The notes beneath the pieces were generated by a model. That model was not told the origin of the DNA and made no database searches. It was given only the letters and a program-made list of their open reading frames with translations. A stretch of 64,000 nucleotides of DNA from the human T2T-CHM13v2.0 reference genome, Homo sapiens. The position numbers were made by a program, and so were the translations under genes. Below are positions 15,851-28,141 of this stretch, piece after piece; position 1 is the stretch's first letter, and each line of letters begins with the position of its first letter. The stretch is from NCBI RefSeq assembly GCF_009914755.1, contig NC_060939.1, one strand, 5' to 3'.

Positions 15851-17613
15851 CCACCTTATATCATCCACAATTTGGGGGTGCAGAATTCATCCAGAGTGGG
15901 GGCCATCCATTGATATTTTTAAAAATCCTGTGTAGGGTATTCTAATGTTTATTTAGGAAAAACATGCTTTCAAAGATAAAGGCTTTGGCTTCAACTCTCA
16001 GTCACGGCCATTGGGTGAAGACGTTGCATGAACTTATGCATTATATCTCCCTCTGATTGACAAGTAAAGAAGACGAAATATGGCAAGAGTGGAAACAGGG
16101 AGACTAAATAGGAGGCTACTGCATGTGGCATGAGGAGAGGTAGGAGGGTTTTATTGGATATGGTAACAAATGGTCAGTTGAGCTAAATGTTAAAGATGGG
16201 GCCCACAGGATATCATTCTTACATATAATGTTCCTAGACCCTAGAACACTAGGTCCACTTCTATTCATTTATTCAATCAGATTTCATCAGGGCTGTTCCT
16301 TGTACTCCCCAACATGGGAGTTTGTTGTATGCCTGGCCCTTGCAGCCATCTGAGTTTCCCACGCTCTCTAGGTGCCGTGACGGCTCCATAGTGAAGTGCT
16401 TCTTTCTCTGTGTTATGACAACACCTTCACGCCTTGATACACCAGGAACCATATTCTCATTTTATTGTTTTCATGTGTATCTCTCTAGATTATATGTTGT
16501 TCACCTTCATATCCTTGGAGTCTACCACAGAGCCCTGCAATTAGTAGGTGTTAGGTCATTGATGAATGCATGATGAAATGAATAAATGAAAGAATCAACA
16601 AATGAATGAATAAACAAATAAATGGATTCTTTGTACTAGAGTCTCATAGCAAAAACCAGAAAACAGAAAACAAATTCGTGCACAATGTGGAACAGTCATC
16701 TCTTTGTTAATTAAACATTTCCTAAGCCTCCTAAACTAACATAGCTGTATGTTCTCAGTAGATGACTAACATTTCCTCAATTGTAAATTGTGATAATACA
16801 TGAGGTGGAATGTATTAAGAAGAAGACAGCAACATCTAGCTGCAAACTCTTCTGTCTTTTCCCAGTCTAGTGGCACAGTATTAGGGAGGTGCTGTAAAGA
16901 GAAAAAGGACCAAGCCCTATGGACTCATTGTCCTCTAGAAAGCAGGTAGTGCAAAGGAAAAACTGCACAGCAGGGAGGCTGGTTGTTGGTGTAGCTCATC
17001 TTTTTAAGCTGTGCACAGCAAGCAAGGGAAAGGACACTGAAGAACCAAGATGGTAGGTTAGATTTAGCATGTTTAAGGAAAGGAGAAGGAGAGGATATCT
17101 GAAGTTTCAGAGTGTTGAAGAGGTCAGGGATTAAGAGTTTACTGTAGCCTCTGAACTTGGAAACTCTTGAATGCCTGAGGAAGATATAAAAGATGGGATT
17201 TCCTCTTTAGTGGTGCTTTGTTAAATATCACATACTCTGCCATTCAGCTATGGAACCCTGCTTTTAAAGATTTCACATAAAATACTAACACATAGATTAT
17301 AAATTAAAAAATGCATTCAGCTTAGCTTGGAGCCTGGCACACAGTTAGCATCCAGCAAAAGTGAGTTCTTTCTGCTGTGGTACTTGAAGAGATAAGAAGC
17401 CCTTTCTTGTATAAAGTAAACAATTTGGGTGATGTTTATACTAAAATACCAGACTTCACCAATACCCACCACTACATCCACATAACAAAACTGTACTTGT
17501 AATTCTTACATCTACAAAAATAGAAAAACTTTTTCTGTTATTATTATTGTTAAGAACAACAATAATAATAATACCGCTGCAAATTATGAAGGTTTTTCTT
17601 AGGCTAACCTCAG

Positions 17614-17786
17614 TCTTTTTTTTCTTTTTCTCCTAGAGACAGGGTCTTGCTCTGTTGCCCAGGCTAGAATGCAGTGGCACGATCATAGCTCACAGCAGTT
17701 CAATCTCCTGTGCTCAAACAATCCTCCTGCCTCAGCCTCCCGAGCAGCTGGGACTATAGGCACACACCACTGCACCTAGATAATTT
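17614..17786 (-). mobile_element. Alu right-arm monomer (AluJ/FRAM)
   Basis: GAGACAGGGTCTTGCTCTGTTGCCCAGGC...CACCACTGCACCTAGATAATTT; no second arm. Confidence 0.9.
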
Positions 17787-17896
17787 CCCTTTTCTAATAA
17801 TTGTACTGATCTATGTTGACAGACTGTAAAAATTTCTATATATGTTAGCACTCATTTTAACACTCATTTAGTCTTAGAGTTAAAAGAGTTAACACT

Positions 17897-18156
<260 letters not shown>

Positions 18157-18514
18157 TAACATTCATTTAGTCTTAGGTATTTCATGCCCACCGCCAGTTC
18201 CTGTGTCAATGTCTCTTTAGTTGTGTTGGGAGCCTTGATCTCTAGTAGACATTTTAACAAAAGTTCCTAAGAACAATAAAAAAGCAGCCCTTCCTGATCA
18301 TTATTTCATTTTTATTTCATCCTGACTACAGTTGGTGAAATATTAATAAGTAGGGTAGCTATCATTATGCCCATTTAACTGACAAGAAAGTAGGCTCAGA
18401 CTGGCTGAATACTTGTCCAGGGTTACATGAGATTAAAGTGACAGTCAAAATTCTTTGGGTCTAAGTCCAGAGTTATGTAGCCACTGAGTTACAAGGCTTG
18501 CAGAAATGTTTTTG

Positions 18515-20975
18515 TAAATTAAACTTTCTATTTTAGGATAATTGTGGATTTATTTGCAGTTGTAAGAGAGAACGCAGAGTGATCTTTTACCCAGTTCCTT
18601 CCAATGCTAACATCTTGCAAAACTGTAGTGTAACAAACAGGATATTGACATTGCTACTGTCAAGATAAGAAATATTTCTATCGGCACAGGGATACTTCGT
18701 GCTGCCTTTTATGGCCACTCCCTCTTCCTTCTTATCCTTCCCCCTCCTTAACCCCTAATGAGTCTCCATTTCTATGATCTTGTTATTTCAATCATGTTGT
18801 TATATAAATAAAACAATATACTATGTAACATTTTAAAATTATTTTTGTCACTCTCCATAATTCTTTAGAGATTCATCCAGGTGGTTCCAGGCATCAGTAG
18901 TTTTTTTTCTATTAGCATGCATGTATCACGGTTGGTTTAATCATCTTCCCCTTGAAGGACATCTGGATTGACTTTTTGTTTTTCTTTTTTGTCTTCAGTT
19001 CTCAAAAGTTTGACTATGAGTGTCTTGCTATGAATTTCTGTGAGTTTATCCTATTTGGGATTCACTCAGTTTCTTAAATCTGTATATTTATGTCTTTGGC
19101 TAAATTTAAACACATTTCAGCCATTATTTCTTAGAATGTTTTTCAGGTCTGCCATCTTCCGGTCTTCTAGGACTCAGGGAATGCAAAGGTTAATTTTTTG
19201 TCTGTCTGTTTGTTGGTTTTTGGTTTTGTTTTATTTTGGTTTTTTTTGCTATAATCTCGAAGGTCTTTGAGGTTCCTTTCATCTTTTTTTCACTCTATCT
19301 TCTCTCTGTTGTATAGATGGTCAATTTATATTGTTTCCTCCAGTTCACCAATATTTCCTCTGTCTCCTCCATTCTGCCCATGCATTGAGTTTTTTATATT
19401 GGTTATTGTATTCTTCAGTTCAAAATTTTCCATTTGACTCTTTTATCTTCTATTTTTGGTTATGACTTCCTATTTCTTTGTTGAAGCTTTCCAAATAAAT
19501 TTTCATTAGCTACAAGAATGTTTTAATTGTTCATTGGAGTATTTTTATGATGGCTGCTTTACAAGCTTTGCCAGATAATTCTAACATTTGTGTCATCTTG
19601 ATGTTGGCATATATTTATTATCTTTTCTCACTTAGTTTTAGTTCTTTCTTGTTTTTGTATGATGAGTAATTTTCCACTGAAATATGGACATTTCAATATG
19701 ATGAGACTCTGAATCTTATTTAAACCTTTTGTTTTAGCTACCTTCATCTCACACCATCCTCACAGACGAAGGTGGGTGTCGCTTCATTACTGCCAGGTAG
19801 GGTAAAAGTTCAGGTTTCTTAACTCAGCTTCTGTTGACCTCTGAAAGGGGGCTTCTCATTCCTGCTAAGCAGGAGTGGGAGTTTCAGTTCCCCACTAGGC
19901 CTCCAATAAAGCAGTTATCTCTTGGCATACATGGGAATTTGCATCCCATGAATATTGTATTTGGATCTGCCTTCAGTTCTGGACACAGAACTTGTGGAGA
20001 CAGAGGGCTTGTGGTAAACAGAGATTTACATTCCTATGAAGGAAATTAATTTTCAAGTCAATAAAATAAACTGCACAGGTACATTCTCTGTACTTAGATA
20101 ACTTTTGGCCTACTCTGCCTAATTAATTATGAAGATTTTAAATAAATCATTCATTTCTGAAGAAAGTGTTTTCTGACTGCCCTTAGCCAAGCAGATGTGT
20201 CTATTCTATATTCTCACATGCTCACATGCCACCCCTTTATGACCCTTAGCATATATGCAAATTTACTTATTTGTGTGGGTCCCTAAACTAATACCTCTTC
20301 CATTGCCTGCATCTTTCAGGACAGCAGGGGCTTTGGCTGTTTTTCTTTACTATTGTCTTCCAAGTACCTAGAAGAGTATCTGAACATGCTAGGAAGTTGC
20401 TACATTTTTGTTTAACAAAATCTGCACCTAGGTGGACCTGTGATGTTCAAACCTGTGTTGTTCGAGGGTCCACTATACTTCCCAACATGTGAGGGATGGA
20501 AGTGCCTTGCTGCTGCTCTCCACATGGCTTCCACTGATATCACAGGATTAGGGGGCAGGGGTAAAGTCCCTCCTTCCTACTCAGCCTCCTCTGACACCAT
20601 CTAATTAGTTTTTGTGGAATTTGGCTAGAATAGAGTGGTTATTATCTAAATGTTTTTCTGTCTTGCTTGGTTGCCCCTTTCCTTGTCCTTTGGCTAGAGA
20701 CAGAGTAGTCTTTCGCTGGGGCTTTTCTTGTCCTTTCCCATTATTATTTTGGGGTTCTTGGTTCCTTGAACTCTAGGTCTGAGATATATCAGGCAAAGCT
20801 AAAAGTCAGGAAACTCACCTTGGTGTTTTCCTTGTATCCTGAGATTCCCTTGTCAGGTAGCTTTCTTCTCTCCACATTCCTGCCTTCTAATGTTTGTTTC
20901 TATAAATTCTCAGAGTCTTATCTGTACATAGAAGGAATAATAGATAAAATTATGTGTACTTCATCCTTAGTATAA
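18515..20975 (-). mobile_element. Fragmented ancient L1 (L1MC/MD-like) pieces
   Basis: T-rich strand with L1M-like motifs (CTAACATCTTGCAAAACT, GAGTTTATCCTATTTGGGATTCAC, CAGCCATTATTTCTT); boundaries approximate and interrupted. Confidence 0.6.
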
Positions 20976-21565
20976 CATTTTTAAAGAACATTTGTGAAAA
21001 CAAAGATGTCAATCATAATAACATTTAATGAGAAGATAATCTGAGTATCTTATTGCTACCATTTATCTTAAGGGACAAATTCTTTTTCCACGTTGATATG
21101 GAGGCTTAAACTTATCGACATTTTCATTTGAAAAAATAATATGTAGATTATGCCAAATCTAAAAATTCACCTCCAGTCCCCAAAGAAGCAATTCCCTTGG
21201 CTCTTCTGTGTGTGTACTGAGGTCAATATGGCAGCAGGTACTTCATGAGGCCGCGTTGTTGAGGGAACCCAGAGGATAGACAGATTGGCCATTTTTCACA
21301 TTTAATTTCCTTGTTCATACAACTGCACAACAGCACTGAGTTCAAACCTGCCAAGACGAATTTATACCTCACTAGCCCTATTCGTTAATTACAGAAATGG
21401 CATTTATTTTAAGCACCAAAATGTACCATCAACGAAAAGATGGACGCAGCATCTAACAGTGCTTCTGATGATCACTCAGACCATAAAATTCTATTTTTTT
21501 GTTACTGCCATTTTTTATTTTCCCAGCACTTTAATATTTCTTCCCAAAGCAGAATAGCACAAAGA

Positions 21566-21866
21566 TTTTTTTTTTTTTTTTTTTTGACACAGGGTCTCAC
21601 TCTGTCGCCCAGTCTGGAGTGCAATGTCGTGATCTTGGCTTACTAAAACCTCCGCCTGCCAGATACAAGGGATTCTCCCATCTCAGCCTTCTGAGGAGCT
21701 GAGACTACAGGTGTGTGCCACCATGCCTGGATTCTTGTATTTTTTGACAGAGATGGAATTTCATCATGTTGGCCAGGCTGGTCTCAAACTCCTGATCTCA
21801 AGTGATTCACCCGCCTCAGCCTCCCAAAGTGCTGGGATTACAGTCATGAGCCAAAAGTGCCCCGCA
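21566..21866 (-). mobile_element. Alu (older S or Jb)
   Basis: Poly-T tail and full body; TSD AGAATAGCACAAAGA (21551-21565) / AGAATAGCAAAAAGA (21867-21881). Confidence 0.95.
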
Positions 21867-23752
21867 AGAATAGCAAAAAGATCTATTATGGATTTAATAT
21901 AGAACATTTTTAAGCGTGGCAAAACAAGTAGATGATGGTTAAAAGGTGACATGACCAATAGGTTGGTATGTTATGATGGCATAAACCAATCATTTTACAT
22001 GATTTTCCACACTAAATTTCCCGGATGTTGTGGCCATGAGCCAAGATATTTTATGTCATTAATCCACTAGCTAGAATTTAGTTGAGGAGCTAATTCAGAG
22101 AGCTTGGAATAAAAACTTTGAGTTGGGTTTTTGGTAACTGACATGTGCTATGTTTAAATGAAATATGCTTGTTGCACCACTGACCCAAACGAGCAAAGTG
22201 CTAAGGTATTGGAGATGATTACTTATTTTACATCATCAGAAATGAAGTCTAAGGAGAAAAGGTGCCACATTTTTGCCTGCTTTTTTCTTTCCTAGGGCTA
22301 TCTATACCCTTGACAAATTTGATGTTCAGAATTTTTGCCCTTTAGAAGTTTTTAGTAGAGTAATTTGAAAGACAGGTGCTCATTTAAGTGAAAACAAAAT
22401 TATATATATATACATACATATCGCCATATTTTTCTCTCAAAAAGTTAAAAATGACTTGTGGATTTTGCTTAAACATTTAAAAATTCATTTTTTCAATGAT
22501 CAAGAATTACCAAAATGATTGATATTTGTGTTGTTATTGTTTCTAAATATAATAGTGCTGCTTAAAATGGTCATGATATGCATTTACTTTAGATGACACT
22601 TTAGGTGACTTATAAAATGCATAGTTTAGACTGCATAGGCATTCTGAGTTTGCATTAACATAAAAAATGTGCATTCTAATCCCACTTAGGTAACATAGAG
22701 AAAAAGTCTACACATCAGGAGAAAACAACTAAAATGGAGATAGGAACTTGTTTTTTGGACACCTTTTGGCACCCACCATCACAGATTTTACAGTCTCAAT
22801 TTCTCCTGCACAGATCCCACTGACAAAGGGTATTACATTTTGCTGACATCAGTGACCTGGCATCACGGAATTATTCCCTGCTTCGGTTTACAGAGGAATA
22901 AACCAGTAATTAATTATATATCAGAACATGAGAATCGACCTGGCAATAATGTACAGGCTAAGAACTCTATTTACATATGTAGGTTATTTAAAATATGTCT
23001 TGTTAAATAAATATTTAAAACACTTCCTTATTTAGCTTATACACTGTTTGGACTGAAGCTGCAATCCTCATTGCAGAATGTTCGAAAGAGTAAGAGTGTT
23101 GTCAGAGATTTTCATCTCTGCCTGACCTGCAAAATCTCCTCTTTGTGCATGGCAGGGCATACAAAAAATCTCTTTAATGAAAACAACAACATAAACTATC
23201 TCTATTGGCACTGACATAAATAATGAAAGTAGAAATTTCATCCTGAGAAAATCACAAAACTTATTTTTAGGTTGAGGGAAGTAGAACAAGAGGCCCAGGC
23301 ATAAATTAATCACAATCGACATGACCACCTCAGAGAGAGCAGTTAAAAGTAGACAGTAAGGGAAACAAATGATTTCACAGAAAAATGTTCTCCTCGCTGT
23401 TGGTCTTTTTCCCCTTGTAAATATCCAGAATTGCTTTTAAAGTGGAAATAAAATAAAATACAGGACTTAAGACTTTTCCGTATCTCTCAAATCAATATAC
23501 AGCCACAATTTTGAAACAACCATAATAATGAGAATACACAAGACAACTCCAATAATGTGGGAAGACAAACTTTGCAATTCACATCATGGCCACACTAAGA
23601 CTCAGTTAGGGTCCCAGAAGGTATTCAATGTATTTCTGGGGGCTCAGAAATTAGCTTTTTTTGGGAGGATATCTCTATACCTGCAACTGCCCAGTTTTCT
23701 CCAGAGCATGTTTGCTCCCTTCAGAATGGAATCCGGACCATGACGATTTCTG

Positions 23753-23771
23753 ATCCACCAGGGGGAGCAGT
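23753..23771 (+). promoter_or_regulatory. CTCF motif, forward
   Basis: CCACCAGGGGGAGC, one mismatch to the core CCACCAGGGGGCGC; lies in unique sequence. Confidence 0.65.
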
Positions 23772-24624
23772 TCACCAGCACAAAACAAGCCTTCCCCAAA
23801 GGAAGTCGCTGAAGGCGCCTTTTCCTCTCAATTTACACAGCTGACAACGACTCTGATTTTTATCAGTTCTCCTAGATGTGGCACTCATATACCTCATACT
23901 GATTTCATATGCCTGACCTCATGCTGGTGGGATATGTGTTGTTCCATCACGGACACATATGCCCATGAGCAGGTTTTTCTGTAGGACTTGACATTCAGTC
24001 CTTGTAATTTATAGAAATTCCTTGTTTTATTATAGGAAGTAATTTAGTCTCTGCTTCTTCGCCAGCTTTTATGGACAAAACCGATAGATTTATCAAACTG
24101 CTTATTTCATACTTATTCTAGGGCAAGGACATAGTGGAGAAGCTGATCTTTGGGGTGTGTGTAAGGAGGTATGTGTGGGAGAGGTACTCCCCCGCAAGGT
24201 CTTGAAGCCAGGCATCTACCACAGCTTGCTGATAGCACCCCTTCTTTCTCCAGCAAGCCTTTTTCCTGCCCTCAGACTAGAGCCCTGGGACTCGGAAGGA
24301 AAACAGCTGCCAGAGAAAGGCCAGTGTTGGTGATAAGCTCTTTGTGTGCAAGCTCAGACTTGAGACCAGCCTGTCCAAACAAAACAGCGGTGGACTTCAG
24401 GAGAGCTGTGTATGGGTAGAGAACCTCAAGCCTGCTGGTGAAAAAGCCAACCAGAGGACTACACTAGCCCTTGTTTTGCAAATGGCTCCACAATCCACTG
24501 AAGGAATTTCCCTAGGGGCGCCAAGTTTTAACTTTGACAGAAGCCAGTCCTTTTGGCCCCTTATCCCAAGTCTCTACCCTGGCACTTCAGCTCACTGCTC
24601 TCTGACAGTCCTTACTTCTTAAGG

Positions 24625-24770
24625 TGTAGACTCTGATCAGCAGCTTTGGCATCAGCTGGGAAATTGTTAGACATGCAGAACCTCAGGCCCCATCCTGGAC
24701 TTTTGGAGTCAAAATCTGCCTTAAAAAAAAAAAAAAAAACAGGTGACTAAAGTGCATGAAAGTTGAAACT
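24625..24770. mobile_element. MER5A-like hAT DNA transposon fragment
   Basis: GGCATCAGCTGGGAAATTGTTAGACATGCAGAACCTCAGGCCCCATCC...GAGTCAAAATCTGC. Confidence 0.75.
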
Positions 24771-25155
24771 ATGCACAAAGACTCTTGTCTCTGAATAGGT
24801 CTGCTTCTATTAGGATGCAGAAAAGATGCATAGTTGTGTTCTTCAAATAGAAGTCATAGATGTCAAGATTATTACACGGCCTTATCATATACGTAACCAA
24901 ACTCTCAAAGCAGCAGGGACAAAGCAGAGAATTTAGTCTTTCAAAGAAAAGACTTGGTTCTGGAACATAGCAGCTTTCTGGCACCTCATTTGTACTTCAT
25001 AGGTACTGACTCCATTGGGAAGATTAAGTGAGCACCTGACACACAGAAGATTCAGTTGACCCTTCTTTTCCTCTAAAATTGAGTTTTCAATCTATGAAAA
25101 TCAACCCGGGATTTGGCTATTAACATTTTTTTCTTTAACTTTACTATTTTCTGCC

Positions 25156-25455
25156 TTTTTTTTTGAAGGTAAGGTTTTGCTCTGTCACTCAAGCTGAAGT
25201 GCAGTGATGCAATCATAGCTCACTGCAGCAGCCTCGAATTACGGAGCCCAAACAATTCTTCTATCTCAGCCTCCCAAGTACCTCAAACTAGAGGCACACG
25301 CCAATACACACAGCGAATTTACTTTATTTTATTTTTGTAGAGATGGGGGTCTCATTATGTTACCCAGGCTGGTCTTGAACTGCTGGCCTCAAGTGATCTT
25401 CTAACTTCAGACTCCCAAAGTACTGGGATTACTGGCATGAGCCGCCTTGGCTACC
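25156..25455 (-). mobile_element. AluJ, diverged
   Basis: ATCATAGCTCACTGCAGC...GTAGAGATGGGGGTCTCATTATGTTACCCAGGCTGG. Confidence 0.92.
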
Positions 25456-27921
25456 TTTGCTAATATTTTATTACTTCTGAATAAACCGTGGAGAAAGAAA
25501 TAAATCTTAAGCCATCCTATATATTTACTCATTAGTTGCTTTGTTTAATGGCTTTGAAGAGGAGAAAGTTGAAAGAGCTAAAATAATCATTTGAGATTTC
25601 TGATGAGATTCCAAGACTTACCTTGGACACTGTTTTATCAAGGCTAACTAAAGAAGGGGAATTTATTCTAGAAAAAATAATAAAGAACTATCTCATTAAA
25701 AATACCCCCCAAACAGCTAATTTCCAACCACACATCTGTTAATATTGTCTCCTGAACACTCACAGCTGGATGGAGTTAGTGACAGGTATTTGAGGTGTCG
25801 TAATAGGACACATTGTCTGTATTTCTTTGATGACTTAAGGAGCAATATTCTGCATTGCTCATTTTTTCTCTGGCCTTTACACTATTCTTTTGCAAATGCT
25901 GTAATGTGATATTCTGAATTTTGGCACAAATTCGTTAGAAGGCAAAACTATCCTGAGTATCAACTGCTTGGTTACCAAGTTGGATGTAATCCCTTCCGAG
26001 GAAAATCAGTTATAGAATTATGATATTGGGTTTATTTCCTGACAGGGTAGAGATTTAGCATGGCAGACAAGAGGGAAGGCTATCCTCAAATCTGATGTCC
26101 TGGTTTTGCCCAGGCCTGACCAAGACATTTAAATTCTTCACACATCGAAGAGACTCCTGGGTTCCGGGCCCCTCTATAAGGTCTGGGGTGGGCATGGGGC
26201 AGGGGAGGGTAAACATGCAGCTCAATGTGAACAGCGTGGGAGGGAAAATTGGCTTGCATACAGGGAGCTAATATCCAGAGAGTTTTTGACAGCTTCTCCC
26301 AAGATCTTCTTTCCTGCCCTTCCAGATGGCCTTCCTCAGACAGTTTTCCTCTCTGGGGTCTGTCATTCAATTTTCAAAGGAAATAGCGACATTCCAACGA
26401 CTAAACTAAAGAGAAGTATTTACTTGTTATTCCAGACCTACTTCAAAGGACATACAGATTTAATAAAATATAAGCAACTTCGTTATTTACTCCTCACCCC
26501 TAAACCAACTTCATTGTTTTACTCAGTAGTCCAGATAATTTCCTTACTATTCAGTTTATATTCCAGAACATCACATTTTATCGGTTTCAGCTTCCAAATA
26601 TTCGGCATGATGTGCCCCTACCCCAATTAATATTATAAGCTTCTGTAGAAACCTAGCAAGAGGAATGTTGAATTAATATGAATGTATCTGATTTATTAAA
26701 ATTTCATCTTGAATAGAGATGGAAAGAATAGGCAGAGAAAGGGAGATAAGTCTCCTCCTGATGCAGACTCATTGCCAACACCAAAAAGGGTGAGAACCTC
26801 AGGACTGGCTCAGAACCTCAGGACAAATATACCAGCCCCGGTCAGAGCTGGCTCTGCATAGACTGGAAGTTAGAGAAGGTGAGGGTCTCATTTTCAGGGT
26901 GCACTGGATAAATTAGATATAACAACTCAGTGAAATGGGAGCTGCTTGCTTTTAAGGACACAGATCTTCCCGTTCCTTCTGGGTTTCTTAATTTTTATAG
27001 CCATAATCAAGGACGATAAAATTGTTTTTTCTTGTTAAGCATTAATGTAAAAGCTGAATAGTTAGTGTACATTATCACTGCTCTTTTTTTAAGCGTTGTA
27101 GCCACATTCACAAATATCAAAGTCCTTTGCAAGATGAAAACAACCTCAGACATGTAGGAGTGGAGTATTGCCAACATCTAGGAGAAAAAATAAAATGTCT
27201 TTCATTCTTTCATTCCATCTTGGGCCAAATTTCTTTGGAGAGGGACTTTTACTGGAATGTGGTAAAAATATAAAAAGTCTGAATGTCGCCCATAAGTGCC
27301 TTTCATTGGTATCCCTGTAAAACGAGAGACAGAGAGAGAGAATCCTAACATTTAAAGGGTTTGGGGATGAAGCCCTTCCCTTATCTTTTAATCTTTTATC
27401 CTTATAAGCATTTCCAATCTGCAAAGGAAAGGGATGAATCCTAGAAATGATTCTCATGATGAACCTCGAGGTTAAAAAGTGGTTTTCTGTGGCTCAATTC
27501 TGTTGAATCTTATCCAGGCTTATTCATATCTGCAGTATAAGGCAAGAGAAAGAGTTTAGAAAAATGAAAGATTATCAGGAAGAAACAAAGCTTGCATTCT
27601 TAGGAAGTTTATCATCAGAGCAGAATTTTCTGATACTGGGTACGTATTTCCTATGTCAGCCTTGCTCTGGAATCTTCACTTAATAATAGACCCACAGGAA
27701 GTGTCCCTTGTCAAGCTATGGTAAAGAGTTAATTGCTTTTAAATCATCTTAAACTGAGGCATCCTGGATTTCAGTTAGGTAGCTATCAAATTTTTGAAAA
27801 ATACTTCAAAAGAACAACCAATGCTTTACTCTTCTGACTATCTCACTTTTCAATTTTTGATATTTTATTTTATTATTTTATTTTTTGTGTGTACAAACAT
27901 GCCTTTGAAATATAGACCACA

Positions 27922-28141
27922 GCAGGGTCTGTCAACCTCAGCACTCTTGATATTTAGGGCCAGATAAGCCCTTGTTGTGGGAGACTGTCCTGTGCATGAT
28001 AAGATGTTTATCAGCATCCCTGACCTCTACCCACCAGATGCCAGTACTAACTTTCTCCTTCCCCATTTATGAAAATTGCAACTATTTGCAGACAGTGCCA
28101 AATGTCCCTGAGGGCAAAATCACCCTTAGTTGAGAACCACT
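27922..28141 (-). mobile_element. MER20 DNA transposon
   Basis: CAGGGTCTGTCAACCTCAGCAC...CCAGATGCCAGT...GCCAAATGTCCC...GGGCAAAATCACCC...GTTGAGAACCACT. Confidence 0.88.

Noticed and set aside
24508-24523. CTCF-like CCCTAGGGGCGCC (also AGACTAGGGGGATA near 47148)
   Set aside because: G-run is one base short or both flanks mismatch; too weak to call
26794-26825. 13-bp direct repeat AGAACCTCAGGAC (also the 10-bp duplication at ~14831 and the ~18-bp triplet at 31633-31687)
   Set aside because: Ordinary small slippage duplications with no further structure
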